A DNA stretch of 64,000 nt from Camelus dromedarius. Taxonomy: Eukaryota. Shown piece after piece: positions 49,185 to 62,719 of the stretch; positions within the stretch are counted from its first letter, which is position 1, and every line of letters begins with the position of its first letter. Location: NCBI RefSeq assembly GCF_036321535.1, contig NC_087472.1, positions 93,002,001 through 93,066,000 of the forward strand, in the 5' to 3' direction. The notes beneath the pieces are model-generated. The model worked only from the letters and a program-made list of their open reading frames with translations. It had not been told where the DNA came from and searched no databases. Both the position numbers and the translations under genes were made by a program.

Positions 49185-51586
49185 TGAGGCAGCCAACCTC
49201 CAAGAAGATCCCCAGTGATTTATACCTCTTGGTATTCAGGCCCTTATGTAGTCATCTCCCACACTGAATCAGGACAATAATGGAAATAGTGATGCTGGTT
49301 TCAAGGTTAGGTAATAAAGACATTGCAGCTTCTAATTTGGCTTCTTGAACCCCTTGCTCTGGGGAAAGCCAGAGGCCATATTGTGATAGCACCCAAGCAG
49401 GCCCATGGAAACGCCCATGTGGAGAAGAACTGGGGCCTCCTTCTGAATTGCCAGCCATGTGAGTCAGTTTAGCCATCTTAGAAGTGGACCTTCCAGTTTT
49501 GGTTGACCCTTCAGTTTACTGCAGCCCTAGCCAGTGTCTAACTGTAACTGCCTGAGAAACTCTGAGAAAGAAATGCCCATCTGAGCCCTGAACAAATTCT
49601 TTATCTACAGAAACAATGGCATAATCAATGATTGTTTTATACCACTATGTTTTGGAATAATTTGTATTATACCATTAGATAATTGCAACAGAGTTTGGTA
49701 CCTGGAAGTGGGATGCTGATATAACAAAACCTAAAATATGGCAGTAGATTTGGAACAGGAAGACAGACAGACGTTGGAAGAGCCTTGAAAAGATTGTTAT
49801 GGACCTGAGGGAGGCTGTCAGTGAGACCTTAAGGGCAAGTGAGGAAAATATTGCTAGAAATTAGAGGAAAGAGGTTCCTTTCTTCTAACAATGATCCTTG
49901 TTATGTAGTGGTAGAAAACTTTGCATCGTCACCTGTGATAACATGGAAAGTCAAAAATGCAGCTAATGAATTGGATGATCTAAGCTAAAGAGATTTCCAA
50001 ACAGAATGTTGAAGGTGCCATTTGGCTTCTTTTTGATGCTGAGAGTAAAATATAAGAGGAGAGAGATAAACTAATGGAAGTATATTAAATATAAAAGAGC
50101 CAGTAATTATTATGTTTGAAAAAAAAGTTTCTCAGTTTAAGATTCTTCAAGATTCTTAAATTAAGAAAAGGTTTCAGAGCAGAGTATATCCAAGATGGAA
50201 CTAAAAGACACTTTGTCAAGACCTCAGAAAGACCTAAGGTGGTGCCTTCGAGGACCATTCTAGCTCTCTGTTAAACAATAGGACTAAGAGTGTTACAATT
50301 CTTAGAGCATTGTTCCTCTCCAATGTGGAGAGGGATTATCTTGAAGAGATTTATGAGTGTGGTTTTGTTGGGGAGATCATAAATTGATTCACATGAAATG
50401 TACAATGTTTATTAAAAAACTACATCACTTTGGACTGAAAGAGACAAAGAAAGTACTAAATGCAAAGAAGATCATTTGATCTCCAAATATCTACAGGTAG
50501 GAAACAAGCTACAACAACTACCAAGCTGAAAAAACTACCAAGCTGCAAACACAGGTTATGTTTTTATATAGAAAAGGAAGGATGACTCAGAGAGTAGAAC
50601 CAAAAACCTAGAGGGCAGAGCCAAGAATCATTCCCAGGCAGTAGGACTGAACCCTAAGTGAGGAATTAGCAACATGTGCTTTGCTGGATCTCAGAATTTC
50701 TTTGGACCTGTGACTCCTGTCTGTCTCCAGTTTCTCCTGCTTTTGAACTGAAGGACCTATACTAACTATCAACTTGTCCAACCATTGCGTATTGGGTATG
50801 TGGGAGAGCAGATAAATTGTTTTTGATTTATAGATCCTCAAACTGAGAGAAACAGTACTAGATGATCTGTACTTGAGGAACCACACCTGAAGAGTCTCAT
50901 CCACGCCTGCTTGATCTAGATAATGAAATTCTGAACCTTGAGCCTGGCTCTGATACTGTAATGGGACATCTTTTGGCAAGACATGAATGTATATTGCATG
51001 TGTGTGGAAGGGATGTAATATATTATGGCCAGAGGGTTCACTGTGGCAGATAATACTTTCCATATATGGCTGTACATAGATATACATACTTTCCATGTGC
51101 TCTTCTTGCAATGTGACCAATATTCTTCCCACAAAGAGGTAGAAATGTAAATATTCCTTCTCCATGAATCTGACCAGGGCTAGTAACTTCTTTCACCAAT
51201 AATATTATATGAAAGTAATACTGTGGGACTTCCAAGGCTGAGTCAGAAGATATTATAGCTTATCTTGGCTCTTTCTTAGTCTTGGGATATTTATCCTTGG
51301 TTCTCAGCCTTCATGCTGTATGAAAGCCCAAACTAGACCATGTGGAGAGACCACACCAAGAGCCCAAATGGAGAAGTCAGGCTCCCAAACAACAGCATCA
51401 ACCTTGATGAGTGAGCCTTCAGATGGTGTAAGCCCTCAAATTTTGGGTCTTCTAGTTCTACATTGTAGAGCAAAAACACGTTCTCCCTCCAAATTCCTGA
51501 CCCATAAATTCTTAAGCATGATATATGGTTGTTTTACCCCACCGTGCTCTGGGGTAATTTGTTACACAATCATAATAACTGGAATA
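49185..51586 (+). mobile_element. MLT1 MaLR provirus (LTR 49185-49690, internal 49691-51041, LTR 51042-51586)
   Basis: Internal region starts gagtttggtacctggaagtggg and ends ggccagagggttcac; flanks taatt / tagtt. Confidence 0.85.
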
Positions 51587-52374
51587 TAGTTCTTAACAGT
51601 TTTTTGGGGGGGACATCTGGAATTGAGACTCTAGGAAGTGAAGGTTGACTCTGTAGCTTTTGACTGTAACAAAGGTTCTTACCTAAACTCTAAAAATCTC
51701 TACTTCTTACTCAAATATTTACAATCGTACAGGGAAGCTGAGGTCATTTCAACAAGATTACTATTTTGTGATAGTCTTGAGAAAAAGTACATAAGTAATT
51801 AAAAATTTGGTTCATATGGCTTTGTCTTTCAGGTAATGCAAGCATGGAGTAAATAAAGATACTATTTTTATAAAGAGAGATCTAAACACAATAGGTGAGA
51901 ATGTCAGAATATGAAAGCAAGACTTAGCATAGTGAAGCCTTCTTTCAATAATTTAGTGATGATTATAGAGATGAAAGGAAATGTACAAGAAGCTTTTTTG
52001 TTTGTTTCTTTCCCCACAGAGGGCAGGCCATGAGGGAATGTGATGGAAACTGGAGCAGGAGAAATTTGGGTCATGAATTAGGAAGCATTTCCTGACTCTA
52101 AGATGTGTGAATTACTGAATATGTTAATAAGATACATTGTGTCATCTGATAAAATTTAAAGAGACATTTATATAGCTTTCTATTTAATTGAAAAATTACC
52201 TTGCAGTTTTATAAATTTGGAATTTTGTCAAGTATATTGCATATAAAGAATTTATTGACAAAAATAATTTTAGGTGAGGGCGTTGGTTACTCATTAGTTT
52301 TTTACAGTGATCATCTGTACCCACACATGCTAATCCATTATAGAAGTCTTGAATCTTTAATTAATTTTATGGTG

Positions 52375-52600
52375 ACTGGTATAGTGGAAAGCACAGAATG
52401 TACAGAGTCAGAAAGTTCTGGTTTCTCCCTCTGTCTTTGTCACTGTTGAGCTCGTGACCTTGGTTAAATCATTTTGCTTCTCACAATTTTGGTTTCTCTA
52501 TACATAAAACATGAATAATAGCTGCCCTCTTGCCTCACAGGGTTGCTGTACAAATCAGAGGAAATAATGAATGTCCCGGGCTCTACATGTAGTGTACATA
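52375..52600 (+). mobile_element. MIR SINE
   Basis: ggtatagtggaaagcacaga..gtgaccttggttaaatcattt..cctcacagggttgctgt. Confidence 0.85.
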
Positions 52601-52959
52601 AAGGGAGAACTGCTTGTTGACTAGAGTGGAATCAGACTGGATGTGGCCTGAAAACTTAAATATATCAATTTAGTAACTCATGATTCTTAAGACACTATAG
52701 ATGTCTTATTTTACAAATCCATATCCAGCTTATGACTCCCTCAAATTTACATTCTGAAATAAGCACAAGATTTTAGATCCTAAGAACATGGACCTGACAC
52801 TTATTATCAGCGTCATCTGGGGCAAGTCAAACATAGTCTGTCATCTGAAAAATGAAAAAAAGAATGATAATACATGACTTATGGGGTTAATGATAGGTTT
52901 TAAGTAATATAACACATCTAAAAATGCCTTCTCGGCTGTACAGTGAATTTTATTTATAA

Positions 52960-54080
52960 TTTTCCTGATATTCAAAGGAAGGGGAGCATGAGCTTGTTGA
53001 AGCAGCCTGCTCCATTGGTGAACAGATGTCATTGTTGAGAGGGTCCTCAGAGCATAACAAAATTAATTTTCCTGAAACTTCCAAGTGTTGGTCTTTCTTC
53101 TGCCTCCTGGAATAATTCCCACTAAAAATACTACTTCCTCCACAACATAGTACTTTAAAATATTTGGAGACAGCTATCATGTCTCTTCAGGCTTTCATCT
53201 CAAGACAAAAATACCCAGTTTTCTCAAAAATTCTTTATGTAAGTGGACTTGTCTAGATTTTCTCTGGATGTTCTCCAGGATTCCTTCTGAAGTGTGGTGT
53301 CTAGAATGGGGCACAATTTCCCAGATGTGTTCAGGCCAGCATATATAAGCTCCCTTGAACTGGATTCTAATGTGCTTTGGTTTTGTTTAGATTTATTTTT
53401 GGCATTATAGCAATAATTATAGTACCATCAATGAATGCTTACTACATACCATACTCACTGGTAATTATAGTCATCTAAAAATCCTGTGAACCAGGAATTG
53501 TTTTCCCCATTGTATACAGTTTAGAGAATCAAGCACTTGCCTAAGTTTACAAGTTCACAAAGGCAGTAGTGTGTGGAGAAACAGGTATTTGTGTATAGTT
53601 CTGCCCAAGGTCCTTCCACACTACCTTACATTAAAGTTAATGCAATGTCAGCTCTTTATCCTAAATATCAAGATGGATTTCCCCTCGATGTACAGTTAAA
53701 ATCTTGTCATCTTGATTTGTCATTATTTTTCAAGTGTATCAAAATATTTAAAAACCTATTTCTGTCTTTATATATATTGGACTTTATGTAATCCGCAAAT
53801 AAACATGCATTCTGTCAGTGTATTCATGAAGTTCATTGATAGAACAGATTTGACTGGACAGACCACCAGACATCACTCTCTATGGTGACCAATCCAGGAA
53901 TTGATACCACTTGGGTCTGGTTGTTCAACCACTATAAATCCAACTCAACTGTATTTTCATCCACCCTGCATTCCTTCATCTCGCCTATAGCAATAGTATG
54001 AGAAATCTTATTAAATATGAGGCTAGAATTAGGTAATTGATGTCTGTGATGTACTCCTTACTTCTAGGCTAATGTCCCAT
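52960..54080 (-). mobile_element. CR1/L3 fragments interrupted by a MIR (about 53410-53620)
   Basis: cagcctgctccattg..gaagtgtggtgtctagaatggggcacaatttcccagatgtg..tgtaatccgcaaat. Confidence 0.7.
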
Positions 54081-54544
54081 GTTGATTTATGGTTAATCAG
54101 ATAAAGGGTTTTTAAATGACAAAAAATATATTAAAATTTTCACCATTGCTATAAAATCACAGAGGAATGCTTATAAAATATTCAACTCCAGATATAAAAT
54201 GCATTTTATGATAGAAATTATGTTTTAATTGTTACAGACTATAATCCAAATTCAGTGAAAATCCTGTTATTATAATTTTAACCATGTTTAGAAATTATAG
54301 GTGTGGGAGGCAATAACAATTTTCACTTTGTGACATTTTCATAATGATACTAAAAATATTTTCAAAAAGTTAACAGCATTATAAAGATGTGAAAATTCAT
54401 GCAATTATGAAAAAACATGCTACCAAAATGGTTAAATATTTTACTGATTAAAAAATGTTGCAGAGGTTTAAATTAAACATAACAGATCTTTTGTCTTTCA
54501 GGATTTGGACTCATTTTGTCTGGGCTAATCTATGCCTCTTTTGG

Positions 54545-54830
54545 TCATTCATTCATTCATTTTTCCATCTAGCAAAAAAAATTATATTAGCAAGTAGTGT
54601 ACTTGTACTTGGGAGGTTTCATAAAATATTAGACCCAATTCCTGTCTTTATTAAGTGGCAGGAATATCATATAATTCAGCAAGAGAGAGGAGAAGTGTAT
54701 AAATTATTTAAAGTAGATAATGATAAATTCTATAAATATAATTCAGACTGAAGAGAGAAAGATCAGTTTTGGCCAAGATAATCAGCAATATTTCATGAAA
54801 CAGGTAGAATATAAGCTGAGTCTGGAAGTC
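54545..54830 (-). mobile_element. L2 3' fragment
   Basis: (tcat)n tail followed by agacccaattcctgtcttta. Confidence 0.6.
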
Positions 54831-55645
54831 TAGTGATATTTCAATATTTCAGTACGTGATGGATAGTGTTTAAGATTGAGGATAGAGTATCCCCATTCCA
54901 GTCCATTTTAATTTTGATGGTGTTTATTTAAGCTCTAAAGGTAGTAGAGAGAAATATGATCACTTTCCTGGTCAAGAATAGAATGGTATCTTAGTGAAAT
55001 ACAGGGCATACCAAGACAGTATCTTTCTGAACACCTACTAAAGTCCAAGATATTGTGCTATACACTGAGTTTACAAAAGAAGGTAGAAATAATCCTTGCT
55101 CCCTAAGAATTTGGAGTGTAGTGATAATTAAAAACCATCTTGCAAGATGCCACATTATTTAAGCCCATGTATTCCCCTACCTTTGCTCACATTGGACATT
55201 ATCCATCATTTTAAACTTGGCGAATATGAAGTGACCCTCCAGGGATAGCTGGGTAGGTCTTTCCTGTCAGGTCAGCACATAAATCAAACTGGGAGGCTGA
55301 ACAACAAGCCATATGAAAATGCATTGCCACAGATCAAAACAGGGCCAAAGAGTGTAAAGTTTGATTTGTTTCTAGTTTGAGTTGAAACTACACTGAGAAA
55401 CAGTAATGAATGTTAAGGAAAGTTCATTTTAGGATGGCTAAGGATCATGGACTACAGTAGTAATTTCTTACCTTGAAAGAGAACTTTTTTTTTTATTACT
55501 CTGTGATCACTCTGAAATGTGAAATTTCCTCAGACTTTCACTTTTGGAAGAAAAATTTTTAAGTTATCCCTTTCCCCCTGGTATTGTGTCATTTTGTCAA
55601 ACAAACAATATTGAAAATATTTTCGCTCCTCCTCATCCAACTACT

Positions 55646-56165
55646 TGCATCAATCAAGTTCCAGTCAGAAAAGAGATACCACTCTAGTTATTTTAACAAA
55701 GGAAATTTCATACAAGGACTTAGGAGGATCATTGATGAACTGAGACTCCAAAGAGGGAGCATAAGGTAACTTAGACGTCAGCAGAAGCAGAAAGTGCTGC
55801 CCCACCTAGGCTGATGGGGAAAAAGAGAAGGGTCAGCGTTGCTAAAGATGAGAAGTTGATGGTGGATGCTGTAGCTATCAGTCAGCCTGGTGGGAAATGG
55901 AGCCACAAAGGAAAAGCCTTGCTAGAGAGAGGTCAAGCAGAGGCTCTGCAGCTGCTGCTGAAGATGCAGCCCAAAGCAGAGAGTAAGTGGAGGAAAGACC
56001 CTGGCTTCCTCCCTCCTCCCACCATCTGGTCTTACAACATTGCCACCAAATCCGTGAACTTAGCTTAGAGACAGAGGGAAGGGGACAAAGAAATGTAGTT
56101 CCTTGTGATGCAGAAAAGGACAAAGAGATGTGGGGGAGGGATCTGAGAGCAAAAAGCCAGCACGT
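55646..56165 (-). mobile_element. ERVL LTR (LTR33/41-like)
   Basis: tgcatcaatcaagttccagtcagaaaagagataccac..gatctgagagcaaaaagccagca. Confidence 0.6.
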
Positions 56166-56891
56166 GACTCAGAGACAACCAATGCTAACGTCATTTCAGA
56201 TACCTTGTATGTGTAAATAAAAGAAAATAAAACATTCACACTAGATGAATTATGTATAAACATATATTTGGATTTGACAAGGTTATTTCACAATTTACAC
56301 ACTATAATGGCAATTTCCTTTTTCTTTTTCACACATATTAGGAGCATTGTTCCATGTTGCCACATGCAGACCATTATTTTTAACAACTGTGTGATATTCC
56401 ATTCTATGGATGGACTATAATGTATTTAACCAGTTCCCCTCAAGGGCTGTTTTGATTATTTTAAATTTTTCATGATTACAAATGATGCCAGATTGAAGAT
56501 ACTTATAAAATTGCTCACTTCTATAATTATTTTATAGGATAGACTTTTTTAAAGTGGTTTTTTCGATGAAGTATATGCACTTTAAAATTTTTGATAGCTA
56601 TTTCCATACACCCTTTCCAATGTTGGTAGTAATTTGTATTCAAATTACGAGTGTATGAAAGAACCTGTTAATTAATCATTTTCTCCAATATTATGTATTA
56701 ACAATCTTTTTCGATCTGATAAGTACATGTCTGTGTATATATATTGAGGTCTGTGTATATGTTAGTGTCTGTGTCTGTGAAATGGTGATGGCTATATCCA
56801 TGTATCTGTGTGGATGTATATGTATATGTCTCTATCCACATGTTTGTGTCTACAGCTATAGTATGTCTTTGCCTATATATCTACATAAATA

Positions 56892-57541
56892 TAGTAGAAC
56901 TTTATTTTTCATGGATTCCATCATTTTTAAATTTGCCTACTTGCTAAAATTTATCTGTAACCCCCAAATCAGTACCTGTGGGGCTTTTGTGATGATTTGT
57001 GGACATGTTCAAAGTAGTGAAAAATGTGAGTCATGGTACACACATGTTCTCAGCTCAGGTCAATCAAGCAAGGTGATTGCTCTGCCTTCTTGTTTCAACT
57101 CTCATAGTGTTAAACAAGTGTTCTTTTCACAGTCTATTTAGTGCTGTATGTTTTTTGCATTTTTATGCTTTTTTCTGATGATTTTGCTGCTTGCAATAGC
57201 CCCCATGCATAAAGCTGAAGTACAGTTGAATGCCCTTAAGTGTGAGATGGCTGTGATATACCTTACAGAGAAAGTATGTGTTAGAGAAGCTTCATTCAGG
57301 CATGTGTTCCAGTGCTGTTGGCTATAAGTCCAATGTTAATGAATCAACAATATAAAAGTTATCTTTAAGCAGAAACACACATAAATCAAGGTTATGTATT
57401 GATTCGTTGACAAAAATGTTGTGAATAGAGGCTTGGAAGAGCCTAACCCTGGATTTCCCCTGGGAGAATGCTAAGCGTGTTTAGTAATTCAATATTCGTG
57501 GGGACTTTATAGCCCATGACTACTGCAAATAATGAGAATCA
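56892..57541. mobile_element. MER82-like TcMar-Tigger element
   Basis: tttgcctacttgctaaaatttatctgtaacccccaaatc..actactgcaaataatgagaatc; about 650 bp. Confidence 0.85.
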
Positions 57542-58852
57542 AAATAAAAACCAGCAGTAATATGAAAATGTGTGAAGGAGTATTTGATACACCTTTTTTA
57601 ACTTGGAAAAATAAAGCAAAAGGCAAAAGGTATTTGAGTCTATGTATTTTATACACATATGTATACTTAGAAATAATACATATGATTAACTGTATAGAAT
57701 ATAATATAAATTATGTGTATAATGCCTATTTTTCTGTTTGTAGTTTTTAAAAAAATATGACTGCAACTTGTCCAAGCAACTGGGGAGAGTATACGTGGTT
57801 TATACCTGGAGAATAGATACTATGAAATTTATATTGTCAGAGTTACCAAGTTTACTTGATTGAAAATCTCTGAAAAAAAATGGGTTATTAAAAAATTGTA
57901 TGCCTCTCAGTCTTTACCAATAGAATAGCAGTACCCTTTCCTATCCTTCCTTCTCTCTGAGGAGTGTTTTGCTGATAAAATAGATAATTCTCTCTGAGAA
58001 GGCCTTGAGTACATCAATAGAAGGATGTTATTCACATGCTGGGTAGTGTTTTTATGACATTAGATCATGGAGAAAAAAGTTGGTCACTTCCCACTATCCA
58101 CTGTGGATCTGACACAAAGAAAGTCTGTAGTTTTATGAGTAGAAGTCAAGCAAAACCTTGACTCTCAAAAAATAGCTCCTTAAAACTGCTACTTAGAAAT
58201 GCCTTGCTTCTGGTTGCTTAATTAAAAGGCTATTGCTAAATGAGTCCTGGAGTCTCTTTCACTTAGCAATATCTTGCCTTTTCACCTAGGAAACTATACT
58301 TTCTACCAATGTATTTTTATGAAATGCCCAGGAGTACTGTGCCTAGTCCTAGCTTGGATTATAATTGATCTATGAAAAATGGTTCTTAACTGTGGTGAGC
58401 TTTTGGACTCATTGGAGGATTCTCTTCCTCCAATGGAAAAAAAAAATAAAGAAGTATATAACACCAAATAGAAACTGTTATGAACTGCATTATAGGTATG
58501 GACACATGACCATCATATACTCAGGATTGGGTTCACGACCTGCGTTAAGCCTTACTAGAATTAACCAATCCAAAATGTAATTTTGATGAGTTAGCATGAA
58601 TTAAGTTACCAGTCCTTATCATTCTGAGTGAATCTAGGAAACTGAATTTCTGAAAATGTAAACCTGGTGACCTAACACTGGAGCAGAGAGAGAATATCCA
58701 GCAAATGAAAGAGTCAGCCTAATATAGGTGACATTTTAATCTATGGCAATGTAAGCGTAACAGGCAGTTTCCTTCTTCCTTTGTCCATGGCAGAAAATGA
58801 CAATCAATCATGAAGGCTTAATAAAACTTCAGAATCCTCCTTAACACAGTGA

Positions 58853-59077
58853 TCTGGAGCAGCAAACACTTTGTTAAGTGGTCAGATAGTACATATTTTA
58901 TGTCAGTGGACAACACAGTATCTGTTGCAAATACTGAAGTCTGCCATCGCAGTGCAATTTGTAGCACAAATGCAGATGTAGACACTTTATAAACAAATGG
59001 GCATGACTATGTTCCAGTAAAATATTATTTACAAAACCAGGTGGCTGGCTGTTAGGCCATAGCATGTTGACTCCTGG
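58853..59077 (+). mobile_element. MER58A hAT-Charlie
   Basis: cagatagtacatatttt..aaacaaatgggcatgactatgttccagtaaaa. Confidence 0.8.
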
Positions 59078-59284
59078 TCAAGAGAGCTATTATGATTCAA
59101 TCAGAGTTAGCACATAAGAATTAACCTGCTTGCTACCCTTGGTTTTGAGGCAGCTTTAATATGCCTGACCTTTTTCATGTTCAATTTAACCACACGACTC
59201 AAGCTAAATGGATCTTCTACCTTCCAATTCCAGCTCAGGGCCTTGCTAATTCTCTTACGTCTGTCAGAGATGGTTTTTTTTTTA

Positions 59285-59420
59285 CCATTCTGAGCCTCAG
59301 TTTCTCATTTGGTAAAGGAACATAACAGCAATAAAGGGTTTCTGTAAGAGTCAAATGAGAAAATGTGGATGAAAGCATTTGTAACCGTAAGACACTAGGG
59401 TATTTGAATAAAAATAATTG
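59285..59420 (+). mobile_element. MIR fragment
   Basis: tctgagcctcagtttctcatttggtaaa. Confidence 0.75.
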
Positions 59421-61397
59421 TACTTTTTAGGTGAATGTGTCTTATAAAGATTATTTTGAAAACTCTTCTTTTTTTACCAGATAAAATTCACAATACTTCT
59501 TTGTGAAAATCTACTTTTCTATCTTTCCTTTGTTTAAAAGGCCTTTTACTGAAGTTAAAAAGCAAGACACCTGTCTAAAATTGCATGGAAGGCATTTTTG
59601 ACCTCTTATAGCTTTTATAATACTTCTTTCTGTAGGAGTCTTGATCCAATGCAAGTTTGTTTTGGGGAAAATAAGTCACTGTACGAAAATCCCCAGCTAA
59701 AATGCATGCATCTCAGTCCTAAAAAGATTATCAAGTCAAGCAATGTAGTATCTTACCAGTGAAGCAAATAGCAACGCTTATTCTAGACTGTAATCTAAAT
59801 AATCAGAATAGGAACACAACACAAGTGCATAAAGAAAACTTGGTAAGAGAGCTGGAAAAAAGATAAGAGTAATGGTCTAATTTATTGAGAGAATGAGTGT
59901 ATACATCTGATTGTCAAAATATCTGCTAATCAGTACTTTCCAGTCTTTGATATGAATAGTGAACAAAATAAGTTTTGGGCTGAAAATACTTGATATGATT
60001 AGTAAATGAGATTCTCTACAATGATAATACTTTTTTCTGGATGATGGAAATATAACATTTTATATAGCATTTTAAATTAAATTCTTTGAGTGGAAAATAC
60101 TTGAATAAAAATCACCTTCCTATAACGAATACTACTCCTTTAATGGACACAATTTGAGATCTTATTAGTGAACTGCAAATATGTAATTTATTGGCTTGAA
60201 TCTCCTCAGACCGTAAGACATACAAAAACTAAATTCTTGTGTACCTATTTGATTTACTTACTTTACAAGTATTTTTTTAGAAGAAAGCAGTTGAATCCTT
60301 ATCATCTTTGGAGACTGTAACTGCATTATTGAGCCCAACTATAAAATATTTTCCTCCAAAGTTATTTTTTCTTAGTTAAAAAATTAGTTTTGTCTATTTC
60401 GTCTTTCAACTTTTCAAAAGTGTTTTGACTATTATCATTACAGCAGCAACAAGTATTTGCTTCTTTTTTGATTTGAACTCAGTTTCTCTTTTGTATTAAT
60501 TCTTTGCTTTGGAAAATAAGAATTGAGACTTCTCATTTACACAGTAGGCTGTCCTTTTCCAAGGGGAAAGCTTATCATGAGCAAAACTCTAAAGCTATTG
60601 CCATGAATGACTGAAAGTAAGCTATATTTTTGCAAATAAGGGGAAAACAGACTTTGTGTCTTCTGCTCTTCCCAGGGATTGGTCTTTGACATTTTCTCTT
60701 CTGACTCCTGATTTCATCATGGTTCTGGAGAATGAAGGGTTCTAAACTTCTGAAATTCTGTCAAGCTTATCTTTAGTCCCTAGAGTGAGCTTTGTGGTGC
60801 TCTATTTTACAGCAGAAAGACTGAAGACAGGATAGGTTTCTAATTTTAGAGACCTGGGCAGCTTTCTGAATGTCTCCAGGCCTCAATTTTATCATCCTTT
60901 TAATAGCAATCTTGCCTACCACACAAAGTTGTTATGTGTGTAGCTAAAACTTTGCCAGCACACATATTGGCAGTAGTTTAATATTTATAAAGTAAAGCTA
61001 TGGACATTAATAAAAATAACTTATGCATAAAGGTATTTTCTGTTCTTTAAAGAGAATCTATTTAACTCTGATAATGAAGGAGATCATTTAGTCACTATGC
61101 AGTAGGTAGGAAAGAACAAGCTTTGTGACCAGGCTAGAGCAAGGAAAAATTCATTCCTGTAGATCACCTGCTCTGCTGTCACTCCCTGTGCATTCTAAAG
61201 TGTTCTGCTGTGGTTCAGTTTTGTAGAGGGGACACGACATTTATAAGGATAGGGAACCAATAAGGGGCAAAAGCACAGTGGGATAAGTGAGAAAAAGATG
61301 AGGAGCCCAAGGCAAAACTGAGGAAAGTCCACTCTATTTCAAGCCATCACTAAAATCTTCATCACGTATGAGTCTGTCTTAGGACTCTCATACTCAC

Positions 61398-61602
61398 TCA
61401 GTTCAGCAAGCCCAGGCCTGCTGCCTATTTTATAAAAGGCAGTTTTATTGGAGCATAGCCCTACCCATTTGTTTCCACAGTGTCTGTGGCTACTTTTACA
61501 CTGCAAGGGCAGAGATGAGGTATAGAAACAGAAGCCATGTGACACACAAAGCCTAAAATAATTTGCTCTTTGGTCCTTTATGGAAAATTTGGCCCAGCCC
61601 TG
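61398..61602 (-). mobile_element. MER58-family hAT-Charlie
   Basis: agttttattggagcatagccc..aaagcctaaaataatttgctctttggtccttta. Confidence 0.8.
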
Positions 61603-61749
61603 CTCTAAGGAAAAAATGTAAGGGCTGGGCTGAGCATGTAGGAAGCAATCTGCATCATTGTTGAATGAGTGAATGTTTTTAACCTACTTTTTGGGGATTT
61701 TGTTTTTTTAGGAACCACTTCCTTCCCTCTCTTCCTCCCCCTACACACA

Positions 61750-61751
<2 letters not shown>

Positions 61752-61782
<31 letters not shown>
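61752..61782. repeat. (TG)n microsatellite
   Basis: Seen directly. Confidence 0.95.
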
Positions 61783-61784
<2 letters not shown>

Positions 61785-62425
61785 GGAGAGAAACAGGCAG
61801 CTGGTAGTAGTGTTACACAAGCCAACACCCTTTTACGAAAAGAATGAGATTATAGTAAGTTCACCGTCCTGATTCCATCGTTTGAATTATTGGTCAGAGA
61901 GGGAGCCTTTTCTCAGCTATAGAACAAATGCCATGCCTGCTTGTGAGTAAACTTTTGTACATAGAGCAGCATTTGTTCTGAAACTTGCTTTACACTGTTA
62001 AACCACATAGCATGGGAGTAGTAAGGAAGGGGGCATATAACTACCAGAGGTTAATAATAATGATGTTTGCTGAATGACCAGATTCATTTTGGTCTGTTTT
62101 TCACATGGGATATATCTGAGAAAGAGATGAAAATGGTGAGTAACTGTCCAAACATAAATTTTTGATACACAGGAAAGAAACAGATATGAAAGTGAGCATC
62201 TTGAGTTTAGTGGACTAGCCCTTAGAGTGGTAGGAAAAACAAGAAAATAAGTTAATTACAGCTCAGGTAAATTACCATTATTGGCATAGTTCAGTGACCC
62301 CAGTGCTGTGTCCCTCTGGTGGAAGAAGCAGTAGTGCAGCTTTCCTGTTAACCTGCTCACAAATACAGATTTTGGAGACGGTTTCACTGTGTCACTTTAG
62401 GATCTAGTAATCTATCCCAAGTCTT

Positions 62426-62537
62426 TAATTTGTTGTTGTTGTTGTTTGTTAATGGAGGCACCAGGGATTGAATTCAGGACCTCGCGTATGCTAAGCACAC
62501 ATTATCACTGTACCACTGAGTGTACACCCATCCCCCC
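62426..62537 (-). mobile_element. Vic-1-type camelid tRNA-derived SINE
   Basis: Minus strand reads ggggggatgggtgtacactcagtggta..cttagcatacgcgaggtcctgaattcaatccctggtgcctccatt plus an (aac)n tail. TSD atcccaagtctt at 62414-62425 and 62538-62549. Confidence 0.85.
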
Positions 62538-62719
62538 ATCCCAAGTCTTGAGAATCCACAGTATAGCAATGATTTGAAAGAAAAACTGTATTATTAAAGA
62601 ATCTTAAGATTGTAGAAAGGGGAAGGACTTACTTAGCTTAATAAGGTTCAGAAGCTCTACTAGCAGAAGGTGTACTTCACTGTGACAAAGTTTTTATTTT
62701 GCAATTTTTGCTATTTTCC

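Noticed and set aside
50608..51165. Longest ORF in the track (185 aa)
   Set aside because: Antisense to the MLT1 internal/LTR junction, with no recognisable protein features.
51833..51894. Plus-strand exon-like segment (ttgtctttcag ... AG|gtgaga)
   Set aside because: Stops in all three frames and no partner exons. At most a non-coding exon, unsupported without RNA data.
62440..62537. tRNA gene
   Set aside because: The A/B-box-like sequence has a simple-repeat tail and TSDs, so it is a SINE rather than a tRNA.
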